A stretch of 64,000 nucleotides of DNA, from positions 28,210,001 to 28,274,000 of the forward strand of contig OZ024740.1 in NCBI GenBank assembly GCA_964016885.1, given 5' to 3'. This document shows positions 15,401 through 30,400 of the stretch, one piece after another. The position numbers and the translations under genes are program-made. The stretch comes from Eledone cirrhosa (Eukaryota). The notes beneath the pieces are model-generated. The model was not told where the DNA came from. It worked only from the letters and a program-made list of their open reading frames with translations, and ran no database searches. Position 1 is the first letter of the stretch, and each line of letters opens with the position of its first letter.

Positions 15401-18400
15401 ATATGCGATTTTCCTGAGTATATGTGATTTTCCTGAGAATATGTGATTTATTTGAGTATATGTGATTTCCCTGACTATATGTGATTTTCCTGAGTATATG
15501 TGATTTCCCTGAGTATATGTGACATTCCTGAGTATATGTTATTTTCCTGAGTATTTGATTTTCCTGACTATATGTGATTTTCATGAGTATATGTGATCTT
15601 CCTGAGTATATGTGATTTTCCTGAGTATATGCGATTTTCCTGAGTATATGTGATTTTCCTGAGTATATGTGATTTTCCTGAGTATATGTGATTTTCCTGA
15701 GTATATGCGATTTTCCTGAGTATATGTGATTTTCCTGAGTATATGTGATTTATTTAAGTATATGTGATTTCCCTGACTATATGTGATTTTCCTGAGTATA
15801 TGTGATTTCCCTGAGTATATGTGATTTTCCTGAGTATATGTTATTATCCTGAGTATTTGATTTTCCTGACTATTTGTTATTTTCCTGACTATATGTGATT
15901 TTCCTGAGTATATGTTATTATCCTGAGTATTTGATTTTCCTGACTATTTGTGATTTTCCTGACTATATGTGATTTTCCTGAGTATATGTGATCTTCCTGA
16001 GTATATGTGATTTTCCTGAGTATATGCGATTTTCCTGAGTATATGTGATTTTCCTGACTATATGTGATTTTCCTGAGTATATGTGATTTTCCTGACTATA
16101 TGTGATTTTCCTGAGTATATGTGATCTTCCTGAGTATATGTGATTTTCCTGAGTATATGCGATTTTCCTGAGTATATGTGATTTTCCTGAGTATATGAAA
16201 TTTCCCTGAGTATATGTGATTTTCCTGACTATTTGTGATTTTCCTGACTATGTGATTTTCTTGACTATATGTGATTTTCATGATTATATGTGATCTTCCT
16301 GAGTATATGTGATTTTCCTCAGTATATGTGATTTCCCTGAGTATATGTGATTTTCCTGAGTATATGTGATTTTCATGACTATATGTGATTTTCCTGAGTA
16401 TATGTGATTTTCATGATTATGTGATTTTCCTGACAATATGTGATTTTCCTGAGTATATGTGATTTTCCTGAGTATATGTGATTTTCCTGAGTATATGTGA
16501 TTTTCTTGAGTATATGTGATTTTCTTGAGTATATGTGATTTTCCTGAGTATATGTGATTTCCCTGAGTATATGTGATTTTCCTGAGTATATGTGATTTTC
16601 ATGACTATATGTGATTTTCCTGAGTATATGTGATTTTCATGATTATGTGATTTTCCTGACAATATGTGATTTTCCTGAGTATATGTGATTTTCCTGAGTA
16701 TATGTGATTTTCCTGAGTATATGTGATTTTCTTGAGTATATGTGATTTTCCTGAGTATATGTGATTTCCCTGAGTATATGTGATTTTGCTAACTATATGT
16801 GATTTTCCTGAGTATATAAAATTTCCCTGAGTATATGCGATTTTCCTGAGTATATGTGATTTTTCTAACTATATATGATCTTCCTGAGTATATGTGATTT
16901 CCCTGAGTATATGTGATTTTCCTGAGTATATATGATTTTCCTGAGTATATGTGATTTTCCTGAGTATATGTGATTTCCCTGAATATATGTGATGTTCCTG
17001 AGTATATGTGATTTTCCTGACTATATGTGATTTTCCTGAGTATATGTGATCTTCCTGAGTATATGTGATTTTCCTGAGTATATGTGATTTTCCTGAGTAT
17101 ATGAAATTTCCCTGAGTATATGTGATTTTCCTGACTATTTGTGATTTTCCTGACTATGTGATTTTCTTGACTATATGTGATTTTCATGATTATATGTGAT
17201 CTTCCTGAGTATATGTGATTTTCCTGAGTATATGTGATTTCCCTGAGTATATGTGATTTTCCTGAGTAAATGTGATTTTCATGACTATATGTGATTTTCC
17301 TGAGTATATGTGATTTTCATGATTATGTGATTTTCCTGACAATATGTGATTTTCCTGAGTATATGTGATTTTCCTGAGTATTTGTGATTTTCCTGAGTAT
17401 ATGTGATTTTCTTGAGTATATGTGATTTTCCTGAGTATATGTGATTTCCCTGAGTATATGTGATTTTCCTGACTATTTGTGATTTTCCTGACTATGTGAT
17501 TTTCTTGACTATATGTGATTTTCCTGAGTATATGTGATTTTGCTAACTATATGTGATTTTCCTGAGTATATAAAATTTCCCTGTGTATATGTGATTTTCC
17601 TGAGTATATGTGATTTTCCTGACTATATGTGCTTTTCCTGAGTATATGTGATTTCCCTGACTATATGTGATTTCCCGGAGTATATGTGATTTTCATGAGT
17701 ATATGTGATTTTCCTGAGTATATGTGATCTTCCTGAGTATATGTGATTTTCCTGAGTATATGTGATTTTCCTGAGTATATGTGATCTTCCTGAGTATATG
17801 TGATATTCCTGAGTATATGTGATTTCCCTGACTATATGTGATTTTCCTGAGTATATCTAATTTCCCTGAGTATATGTGATTTTCCTGAGTATATGTGATT
17901 TCCCTGACTATATGTGATTTTCATGATTATATGTGATCTTCCTGAGTATATGTGATTTTCCTGAGTATATGTGATTTCCCTGAGTATATGTGATTTTCCT
18001 GAGTATATGTGATTTTCATGACTATATGTGATTTTCCTGAGTATATGTGATTTTCATGACTATGTGATTTTCTTGACAATATGTGATTTTCCTGAGTATA
18101 TGTGATTTTCCTGAGTATATGTGATTTTCCTGAGTATATGTGATTTTCTTGAGTATATGTGATTTTCCTGAGTATATGTGATTTCCCTGAGTATATGTGA
18201 TTTTCCTGACTATTTGTGATTTTCCTGACTATGTGATTTTCTTGACTATATGTGATTTTCCTGAGTATATGTGATTTTGCTAACTATATGTGATTTTCCT
18301 GAGTATATAAAATTTCCCTGTGTATATGTGATTTTCCTGAGTATATGTGATTTTCCTGACTATATGTGCTTTTCCTGAGTATATGTGATTTCCCTGACTA

Positions 18401-21400
18401 TATGTGATTTCCCGGAGTATATGTGATTTTCATGAGTATATGTGATTTTCCTGAGTATATGTGATCTTCCTGAGTATATGTGATTTTCCTGAGTATATGT
18501 GATTTTCCTGAGTATATGTGATCTTCCTGAGTATATGTGATATTCCTGAGTATATGTGATTTCCCTGAGTATATGTGATTTTCCTGAGTATATGTGATTT
18601 TCCTGACTTTATGTGATTTTCCTGAGTATATGTGATTTTCATGACTATATGTGATTTTCCTGAGTATATGTGATTTTCCTGACTATATGTGATTTTCCTG
18701 ACAATATGTGATTTTCCTGAGTATGTGTGATTTTCATGAGTATATGTGATTTTCATGAGTATACGTGATTTTCCTGAGTATATGTAATTTCTTTGAGTAT
18801 ATGTGATTTCTCTGACTATATGTGATGTTCCTGAGTATATGTGATCTTCCTGAGTATATGTGATTTTCCTGAGTATAGGTGATCTTCCTGAGTATATGTG
18901 ATTTTTCTGACTATATGTGATCTTCCTGAGTATATGTGATTTCCCTGAGTATATGTGATTTTCCTGAGTATATATGATTTTCCTGAGTATATGTGATTTT
19001 CCTGAGTATATGTGATTTCCCTGAATATATGTGATTTTCCAGAGTATATGTGATTTTTCTGTGTATATATAATTTTCCTGAGTATATGTGACTTTCCTGA
19101 GTATATGTGATTTCCCTGAGTATATGTGATTTTCCTCAGTATATGTGATTTTCCTGACAATATTTGATTTTCCTGAGTATATGTGATTTTCCTGAGTATA
19201 TGTGATTTTCCTGAGTATATGTGATTTTCTTGAGTATATGTGATTTTCCTGAGTATATGTGATTTCCCTGAGTATATGTGATTTTCCTGACTATTTGTGA
19301 TTTTCCTGACTATGTGATTTTCTTGACTATATGTGATTTTCCTGAGTATATGTGATTTTCCTGACTATATGTGATTTTCCTGAGTATATGTGATTTCCCT
19401 GACTATATGTGATTTCCCGGAGTATATGTGATTTTCATGAGTATATGTGATTTTCCTGAGTATATGTGATCTTCCTGAGTATATGTGATTTTCCCGAGTA
19501 TATGTGATTTTCCTGAGTATATGTGATCTTCCTGAGTATATGTGATTTTCCTGAGTATATGTGATTTCCCTGAGTATATGTGATTTTCCTGAGTATATGT
19601 GATTTTCCTGACTATATGTGATTTTTCTGACAATATGTGATTTTCCTGAGTATGTGTGATTTCCCTGAGTATATGTGATTTTCATGAGTATATGTGATAT
19701 TCCTGAGTATATGTGATTTTCCTGACTATATGTGATTTTCCTGAGTATATGTGATCTTCCTGAGTATATGCGATTTTCCTGAGTATATGTGATTTTCCTG
19801 AGAATATGTGATTTATTTGAGTATATGTGATTTCCCTGACTATATGTGATTTTCCTGAGTATATGTGATTTCCCTGAGTATATGTGACATTCCTGAGTAT
19901 ATGTTATTTTCCTGAGTATTTGATTTTCCTGACTATATGTGATTTTCATGAGTATATGTGATCTTCCTGAGTATATGTGATTTTCCTGATTATATGCGAT
20001 TTTCCTGAGTATATGTGATTTTCCTGAGTATATGTGATTTTCCTGAGTATATGTGATTTTCCTGAGTATATGCGATTTTCCTGAGTATATGTGATTTTCC
20101 TGAGTATATGTGATTTATTTAAGTATATGTGATTTCCCTGACTATATGTGATTTTCCTGAGTATATGTGATTTCCCTGAGTATATGTGATTTTCCTGAGT
20201 ATATGTTATTATCCTGAGTATTTGATTTTCCTGACTATATGTTATTTTCCTGACTATATGTGATTTTCCTGAGTATATGTTATTATCCTGAGTATTTGAT
20301 TTTCCTGACTATTTGTGATTTTCCTGACTATATGTGATTTTCCTGAGTATATGTGATCTTCCTGAGTATATGTGATTTTCCTGAGTATATGCGATTTTCC
20401 TGAGTATATGTGATTTTCCTGACTATATGTGATTTTCCTGAGTATATGTGATTTTCCTGACTATATGTGATTTTCCTGAGTATATGTGATCTTCCTGAGT
20501 ATATGTGATTTTCCTGAGTATATGCGATTTTCCTGAGTATATGTGATTTTCCTGAGTATATGAAATTTCCCTGAGTATATGTGATTTTCCTGACTATTTG
20601 TGATTTTCCTGACTATGTGATTTTCTTGACTATATGTGATTTTCATGATTATATGTGATCTTCCTGAGTATATGTGATTTTCCTGAGTATATGTGATTTC
20701 CCTGAGTATATGTGATTTTCCTGAGTATATGTGATTTTCATGACTATATGTGATTTTCCTGAGTATATGTGATTTTCATGATTATGTGATTTTCCTGACA
20801 ATATGTGATTTTCCTGAGTATATGTGATTTTCCTGAGTATATGTGATTTTCTTGAGTATATGTGATTTTCTTGAGTATATGTGATTTTCCTGAGTATATG
20901 TGATTTCCCTGAGTATATGTGATTTTCCTGAGTATATGTGATTTTCATGACTATATGTGATTTTCCTGAGTATATGTGATTTTCATGATTATGTGATTTT
21001 CCTGACAATATGTGATTTTCCTGAGTATATGTGATTTTCCTGAGTATATGTGATTTTCCTGAGTATATGTGATTTTCTTCAGTATATGTGATTTTCCTGA
21101 GTATATGTGATTTCCCTGAGTATATGTGATTTTGCTAACTATATGTGATTTTCCTGAGTATATAAAATTTCCCTGAGTATATGCGATTTTCCTGAGTATA
21201 TGTGATTTTTCTAACTATATATGATCTTCCTGAGTATATGTGATTTCCCTGAGTATATGTGATTTTCCTGAGTATATATGATTTTCCTGAGTATATGTGA
21301 TTTTCCTGAGTATATGTGATTTCCCTGAATATATGTGATGTTCCTGAGTATATGTGATTTTCCTGACTATATGTGATTTTCCTGAGTATATGTGATCTTC

Positions 21401-24400
21401 CTGAGTATATGTGATTTTCCTGAGTATATGTGATTTTCCTGAGTATATGAAATTTCCCTGAGTATATGTGATTTTCCTGACTATTTGTGATTTTCCTGAC
21501 TATGTGATTTTCTTGACTATATGTGATTTTCATGATTATATGTGATCTTCCTGAGTATATGTGATTTTCCTGAGTATATGTGATTTCCCTGAGTATATGT
21601 GATTTTCCTGAGTAAATGTGATTTTCATGACTATATGTGATTTTCCTGAGTATATGTGATTTTCATGATTATGTGATTTTCCTGACAATATGTGATTTTC
21701 CTGAGTATATGTGATTTTCCTGAGTATATGTGATTTTCCTGAGTATATTTGATTTTCTTGAGTATATGTGATTTTCCTGAGTATATGTGATTTCCCTGAG
21801 TATATGTGATTTTCCTGACTATTTGTGATTTTCCTGACTATGTGATTTTCTTGACTATATGTGATTTTCCTGAGTATATGTGATTTTGCTAACTATATGT
21901 GATTTTCCTGAGTATATAAAATTTCCCTGTGTATATGTGATTTTCCTGAGTATATGTGATTTTCCTGACTATATGTGCTTTTCCTGAGTATATGTGATTT
22001 CCCTGACTATATGTGATTTCCCGGAGTATATGTGATTTTCATGAGTATATGTGATTTTCCTGAGTATATGTGATCTTCCTGAGTATATGTGATTTTCCTG
22101 AGTATATGTGATTTTCCTGAGTATATGTGATCTTCCTGAGTATATGTGATATTCCTGAGTATATGTGATTTCCCTGACTATATGTGATTTTCCTGAGTAT
22201 ATCTAATTTCCCTGAGTATATGTGATTTTCCTGAGTATATGTGATTTCCCTGACTATATGTGATTTTCATGATTATATGTGATCTTCCTGAGTATATGTG
22301 ATTTTCCTGAGTATATGTGATTTCCCTGAGTATATGTGATTTTCCTGAGTATATGTGATTTTCATGACTATATGTGATTTTCCTGAGTATATGTGATTTT
22401 CATGACTATGTGATTTTCTTGACAATATGTGATTTTCCTGAGTATATGTGATTTTCCTGAGTATATGTGATTTTCCTGAGTATATGTGATTTTCTTGAGT
22501 ATATGTGATTTTCCTGAGTATATGTGATTTTCCTGAGTATATGTGATTTTCCTGACTATTTGTGATTTTCCTGACTATGTGATTTTCTTGACTATATGTG
22601 ATTTTCCTGAGTATATGTGATTTTGCTAACTATATGTGATTTTCCTGAGTATATAAAATTTCCCTGTGTATATGTGATTTTCCTGAGTATATGTGATTTT
22701 CCTGACTATATGTGCTTTTCCTGAGTATATGTGATTTCCCTGACTATATGTGATTTCCCGGAGTATATGTGATTTTCATGAGTATATGTGATTTTCCTGA
22801 GTATATGTGATCTTCCTGAGTATATGTGATTTTCCTGAGTATATGTGATTTTCCTGAGTATATGTGATCTTCCTGAGTATATGTGATATTCCTGAGTATA
22901 TGTGATTTCCCTGAGTATATGTGATTTTCCTGAGTATATGTGATTTTCCTGACTTTATGTGATTTTCCTGAGTATATGTGATTTTCATGACTATATGTGA
23001 TTTTCCTGAGTATATGTGATTTTCCTGACTATATGTGATTTTCCTGACAATATGTGATTTTCCTAAGTATGTGTGATTTTCATGAGTATATGTGATTTTC
23101 ATGAGTATACGTGATTTTCCTGAGTATATGTAATTTCTTTGAGTATATGTGATTTCTCTGACTATATGTGATGTTCCTGAGTATATGTGATCTTCCTGAG
23201 TATATGTGATTTTCCTGAGTATAGGTGATCTTCCTGAGTATATGTGATTTTTCTGACTATATGTGATCTTCCTGAGTATATGTGATTTCCCTGAGTATAT
23301 GTGATTTTCCTGAGTATATATGATTTTCCTGAGTATATGTGATTTTCCTGAGTATATGTGATTTCCCTGAATATATGTGATTTTCCAGAGTATATGTGAT
23401 TTTTCTGTGTATATATAATTTTCCTGAGTATATGTGACTTTCCTGAGTATATGTGATTTCCCTGAGTATATGTGATTTTCCTCAGTATATGTGATTTTCC
23501 TGACAATATTTGATTTTCCTGAGTATATGTGATTTTCCTGAGTATATGTGATTTTCCTGAGTATATGTGATTTTCTTGAGTATATGTGATTTTCCTGAGT
23601 ATATGTGATTTCCCTGAGTATATGTGATTTTCCTGACTATTTGTGATTTTCCTGACTATGTGATTTTCTTGACTATATGTGATTTTCCTGAGTATATGTG
23701 ATTTTCCTGACTATATGTGATTTTCCTGAGTATATAAAATTTCCCTGAGTATATGTGATTTTCCTGAGTATATGTGATTTTCCTGACTATATGTGATTTT
23801 CCTGAGTATATGTGATTTCCCTGACTATATGTGATTTTCCTGAGTATATCTAATTTCCCTGAGTATATGTGATTTTCCTGAGTATATGTGATTTCCCTGA
23901 CTATATGTGATTTTCATGATTATATGTGATCTTCCTGAGTATATGTGATTTTCCTGAGTATATGTGATTTCCCTGAGTATATGTGATTTTCCTGAGTATA
24001 TGTGATTTTCATGACTATATGTGATTTTCCTGAGTATATGTGATTTTCATGACTATGTGATTTTCTTGACAATATGTGATTTTCCTGAGTATATGTGATT
24101 TTCCTGAGTATATGTGATTTTCCTGAGTATATGTGATTTTCTTGAGTATATGTGATTTTCCTGAGTATATGTGATTTCCCTGAGTATATGTGATTTTCCT
24201 GACTATTTGTGATTTTCCTGACTATGTGATTTTCTTGACTATATGTGATTTTCCTGAGTATATGTGATTTTGCTGACTATATGTGATTTTCCTGAGTATA
24301 TAAAATTTCCCTGAGTATATGTGATTTTCCTGAGTATATGTGATTTTCCTGACTATATGTGCTTTTCCTGAGTATATGTGATTTCCCTGACTATATGTGA

Positions 24401-27400
24401 TTTCCCGGAGTATATGTGATTTTCATGAGTATATGTGATTTTCCTGAGTATATGTGATCTTCCTGAGTATATGTGATTTTCCCGAGTATATGTGATTTTC
24501 CTGAGTATATGTGATCTTCCTGAGTATATGTGATTTTCCTGAGTATATGTGATTTCCCTGAGTATATGTGATTTTCCTGAGTATATGTGATTTTCCTGAC
24601 TATATGTGATTTTTCTGACAATATGTGATTTTCCTGAGTATGTGTGATTTCCCTGAGTATATGTGATTTTCATGAGTATATGTGATATTCCTGAGTATAT
24701 GTGATTTTCCTGACTATATGTGATTTTCCTGAGTATATGTGATCTTCCTGAGTATATGCGATTTTCCTGAGTATATGTGATTTTCCTGAGAATATGTGAT
24801 TTATTTGAGTATATGTGATTTCCCTGACTATATGTGATTTTCCTGAGTATATGTGATTTCCCTGAGTATATGTGACATTCCTGAGTATATGTTATTTTCC
24901 TGAGTATTTGATTTTCCTGACTATATGTGATTTTCATGAGTATATGTGATCTTCCTGAGTATATGTGATTTTCCTGAGTATATGCGATTTTCCTGAGTAT
25001 ATGTGATTTTCCTGAGTATATGTGATTTTCCTGAGTATATGTGATTTTCCTGAGTATATGCGATTTTCCTGAGTATATGTGATTTTCCTGAGTATATGTG
25101 ATTTATTTAAGTATATGTGATTTCCCTGACTATATGTGATTTTCCTGAGTATATGTGATTTCCCTGAGTATATGTGATTTTCCTGAGTATATGTTATTAT
25201 CCTGAGTATTTGATTTTCCTGACTATTTGTTATTTTCCTGACTATATGTGATTTTCCTGAGTATATGTTATTATCCTGAGTATTTGATTTTCCTGACTAT
25301 TTGTGATTTTCCTGACTATATGTGATTTTCCTGAGTATATGTGATCTTCCTGAGTATATGTGATTTTCCTGAGTATATGCGATTTTCCTGAGTATATGTG
25401 ATTTTCCTGACTATATGTGATTTTCCTGAGTATATGTGATTTTCCTGACTATATGTGATTTTCCTGAGTATATGTGATCTTCCTGAGTATATGTGATTTT
25501 CCTGAGTATATGCGATTTTCCTGAGTATATGTGATTTTCCTGAGTATATGAAATTTCCCTGAGTATATGTGATTTTCCTGACTATTTGTGATTTTCCTGA
25601 CTATGTGATTTTCTTGACTATATGTGATTTTCATGATTATATGTGATCTTCCTGAGTATATGTGATTTTCCTGAGTATATGTGATTTCCCTGAGTATATG
25701 TGATTTTCCTGAGTATATGTGATTTTCATGACTATATGTGATTTTCCTGAGTATATGTGATTTTCATGATTATGTGATTTTCCTGACAATATGTGATTTT
25801 CCTGAGTATATGTGATTTTCCTGAGTATATGTGATTTTCCTGAGTATATGTGATTTTCTTGAGTATATGTGATTTTCCTGAGTATATGTGATTTCCCTGA
25901 GTATATGTGATTTTGCTAACTATATGTGATTTTCCTGAGTATATAAAATTTCCCTGAGTATATGCGATTTTCCTGAGTATATGTGATTTTTCTAACTATA
26001 TATGATCTTCCTGAGTATATGTGATTTCCCTGAGTATATGTGATTTTCCTGAGTATATATGATTTTCCTGAGTATATGTGATTTTCCTGAGTATATGTGA
26101 TTTCCCTGAATATATGTGATGTTCCTGAGTATATGTGATTTTCCTGACTATATGTGATTTTCCTGAGTATATGTGATCTTCCTGAGTATATGTGATTTTC
26201 CTGAGTATATGTGATTTTCCTGAGTATATGAAATTTCCCTGAGTATATGTGATTTTCCTGACTATTTGTGATTTTCCTGACTATGTGATTTTCTTGACTA
26301 TATGTGATTTTCATGATTATATGTGATCTTCCTGAGTATATGTGATTTTCCTGAGTATATGTGATTTCCCTGAGTATATGTGATTTTCCTGAGTAAATGT
26401 GATTTTCATGACTATATGTGATTTTCCTGAGTATATGTGATTTTCATGATTATGTGATTTTCCTGACAATATGTGATTTTCCTGAGTATATGTGATTTTC
26501 CTGAGTATATGTGATTTTCCTGAGTATATGTGATTTTCTTGAGTATATGTGATTTTCCTGAGTATATGTGATTTCCCTGAGTATATGTGATTTTCCTGAC
26601 TATTTGTGATTTTCCTGACTATGTGATTTTCTTGACTATATGTGATTTTCCTGAGTATATGTGATTTTGCTAACTATATGTGATTTTCCTGAGTATATAA
26701 AATTTCCCTGTGTATATGTGATTTTCCTGAGTATATGTGATTTTCCTGACTATATGTGCTTTTCCTGAGTATATGTGATTTCCCTGACTATATGTGATTT
26801 CCCGGAGTATATGTGATTTTCATGAGTATATGTGATTTTCCTGAGTATATGTGATCTTCCTGAGTATATGTGATTTTCCTGAGTATATGTGATTTTCCTG
26901 AGTATATGTGATCTTCCTGAGTATATGTGATATTCCTGAGTATATGTGATTTCCCTGAGTATATGTGATTTTCCTGAGTATATGTGATTTTCCTGACTTT
27001 ATGTGATTTTCCTGAGTATATGTGATTTTCATGACTATATGTGATTTTCCTGAGTATATGTGATTTTCCTGACTATATGTGATTTTCCTGACAATATGTG
27101 ATTTTCCTGAGTATGTGTGATTTTCATGAGTATATGTGATTTTCATGAGTATACGTGATTTTCCTGAGTATATGTAATTTCTTTGAGTATATGTGATTTC
27201 TCTGACTATATGTGATGTTCCTGAGTATATGTGATCTTCCTGAGTATATGTGATTTTCCTGAGTATAGGCGATCTTCCTGAGTATATGTGATTTTTCTGA
27301 CTATATGTGATCTTCCTGAGTATATGTGATTTCCCTGAGTATATGTGATTTTCCTGAGTATATATGATTTTCCTGAGTATATGTGATTTTCCTGAGTATA

Positions 27401-30400
27401 TGTGATTTCCCTGAATATATGTGATTTTCCAGAGTATATGTGATTTTTCTGTGTATATATAATTTTCCTGAGTATATGTGACTTTCCTGAGTATATGTGA
27501 TTTCCCTGAGTATATGTGATTTTCCTCAGTATATGTGATTTTCCTGACAATATTTGATTTTCCTGAGTATATGTGATTTTCCTGAGTATATGTGATTTTC
27601 CTGAGTATATGTGATTTTCTTGAGTATATGTGATTTTCCTGAGTATATGTGATTTCCCTGAGTATATGTGATTTTCCTGACTATTTGTGATTTTCCTGAC
27701 TATGTGATTTTCTTGACTATATGTGATTTTCCTGAGTATATGTGATTTTCCTGACTATATGTGATTTTCCTGAGTATATAAAATTTCCCTGAGTATATGT
27801 GATTTTCCTGAGTATATGTGATTTTCCTGACTATATGTGATTTTCCTGAGTATATGTGATTTCCCTGACTATATGTGATTTTCCTGAGTATATCTAATTT
27901 CCCTGAGTATATGTGATTTTCCTGAGTATATGTGATTTCCCTGACTATATGTGATTTTCATGATTATATGTGATCTTCCTGAGTATATGTGATTTTCCTG
28001 AGTATATGTGATTTCCCTGAGTATATGTGATTTTCCTGAGTATATGTGATTTTCATGACTATATGTGATTTTCCTGAGTATATGTGATTTTCATGACTAT
28101 GTGATTTTCTTGACAATATGTGATTTTCCTGAGTATATGTGATTTTCCTGAGTATATGTGATTTTCCTGAGTATATGTGATTTTCTTGAGTATATGTGAT
28201 TTTCCTGAGTATATGTGATTTCCCTGAGTATATGTGATTTTCCTGACTATTTGTGATTTTCCTGACTATGTGATTTTCTTGACTATATGTGATTTTCCTG
28301 AGTATATGTGATTTTGCTAACTATATGTGATTTTCCTGAGTATATAAAATTTCCCTGTGTATATGTGATTTTCCTGAGTATATGTGATTTTCCTGACTAT
28401 ATGTGCTTTTCCTGAGTATATGTGATTTCCCTGACTATATGTGATTTCCCGGAGTATATGTGATTTTCATGAGTATATGTGATTTTCCTGAGTATATGTG
28501 ATCTTCCTGAGTATATGTGATTTTCCTGAGTATATGTGATTTTCCTGAGTATATGTCATCTTCCTGAGTATATGTGATATTCCTGAGTATATGTGATTTC
28601 CCTGAGTATATGTGATTTTCCTGAGTATATGTGATTTTCCTGACTTTATGTGATTTTCCTGAGTATATGTGATTTTCATGACTATATGTGATTTTCCTGA
28701 GTATATGTGATTTTCCTGACTATATGTGATTTTCCTGACAATATGTGATTTTCCTGAGTATGTGTGATTTTCATGAGTATATGTGATTTTCATGAGTATA
28801 CGTGATTTTCCTGAGTATATGTAATTTCTTTGAGTATATGTGATTTCTCTGACTATATGTGATGTTCCTGAGTATATGTGATCTTCCTGAGTATATGTGA
28901 TTTTCCTGAGTATAGGTGATCTTCCTGAGTATATGTGATTTTTCTGACTATATGTGATCTTCCTGAGTATATGTGATTTCCCTGAGTATATGTGATTTTC
29001 CTGAGTATATATGATTTTCCTGAGTATATGTGATTTTCCTGAGTATATGTGATTTCCCTGAATATATGTGATTTTCCAGAGTATATGTGATTTTTCTGTG
29101 TATATATAATTTTCCTGAGTATATGTGACTTTCCTGAGTATATGTGATTTCCCTGAGTATATGTGATTTTACTCAGTATATGTGATTTTCCTGACAATAT
29201 TTGATTTTCCTGAGTATATGTGATTTTCCTGAGTATATGTGATTTTCCTGAGTATATGTGATTTTCTTGAGTATATGTGATTTTCCTGAGTATATGTGAT
29301 TTCCCTGAGTATATGTGATTTTCCTGACTATTTGTGATTTTCCTGACTATGTGATTTTCTTGACTATATGTGATTTTCCTGAGTATATGTGATTTTCCTG
29401 ACTATATGTGATTTTCCTGAGTATATAAAATTTCCCTGAGTATATGTGATTTTCCTGAGTATATGTGATTTTCCTGACTATATGTGATTTTCCTGACAAT
29501 ATGTGATTTTCCTGAGTATGTGTGATTTTCATGAGTATATGTGATTTTCATGAGTATACGTGATTTTCCTGAGTATATGTAATTTCTTTGAGTATATGTG
29601 ATTTCTCTGACTATATGTGATGTTCCTGAGTATATGTGATCTTCCTGAGTATATGTGATTTTCCTGAGTATAGGTGATCTTCCTGAGTATATGTGATTTT
29701 TCTGACTATATGTGATCTTCCTGAGTATATGTGATTTCCCTGAGTATATGTGATTTTCCTGAGTATATATGATTTTCCTGAGTATATGTGATTTTCCTGA
29801 GTATATGTGATTTCCCTGAATATATGTGATTTTCCAGAGTATATGTGATTTTTCTGTGTATATATAATTTTCCTGAGTATATGTGATTTCCCTGAGTATA
29901 TGTGATTTTACTCAGTATATGTGATTTTCCTGACAATATTTGATTTTCCTGAGTATATGTGATTTTCCTGAGAATATGTGATTTTCCTGAGTATATGTGA
30001 TTTTCTTGAGTATATGTGATTTTCCTGAGTATATGTGATTTCCCTGAGTATATGTGATTTTCCTGACTATTTGTGATTTTCCTGACTATGTGATTTTCTT
30101 GACTATATGTGATTTTCCTGAGTATATGTGATTTTCCTGACTATATGTGATTTTCCTGAGTATATAAAATTTCCCTGAGTATATGTGATTTTCCTGAGTA
30201 TATGTGATTTTCCTGACTATATGTGATTTTCCTGAGTATATGTGATTTCCCTGACAATATGTGATTTTCCTGAGTATATCTAATTTCCCTGAGTATATGT
30301 GATTTTCCTGACTATATGTGATTTCCCTGACTATATGTGATTTTCATGATTATATGTGATCTTCCTGAGTATATGTGATTTTCCTGAGTATATGTGATTT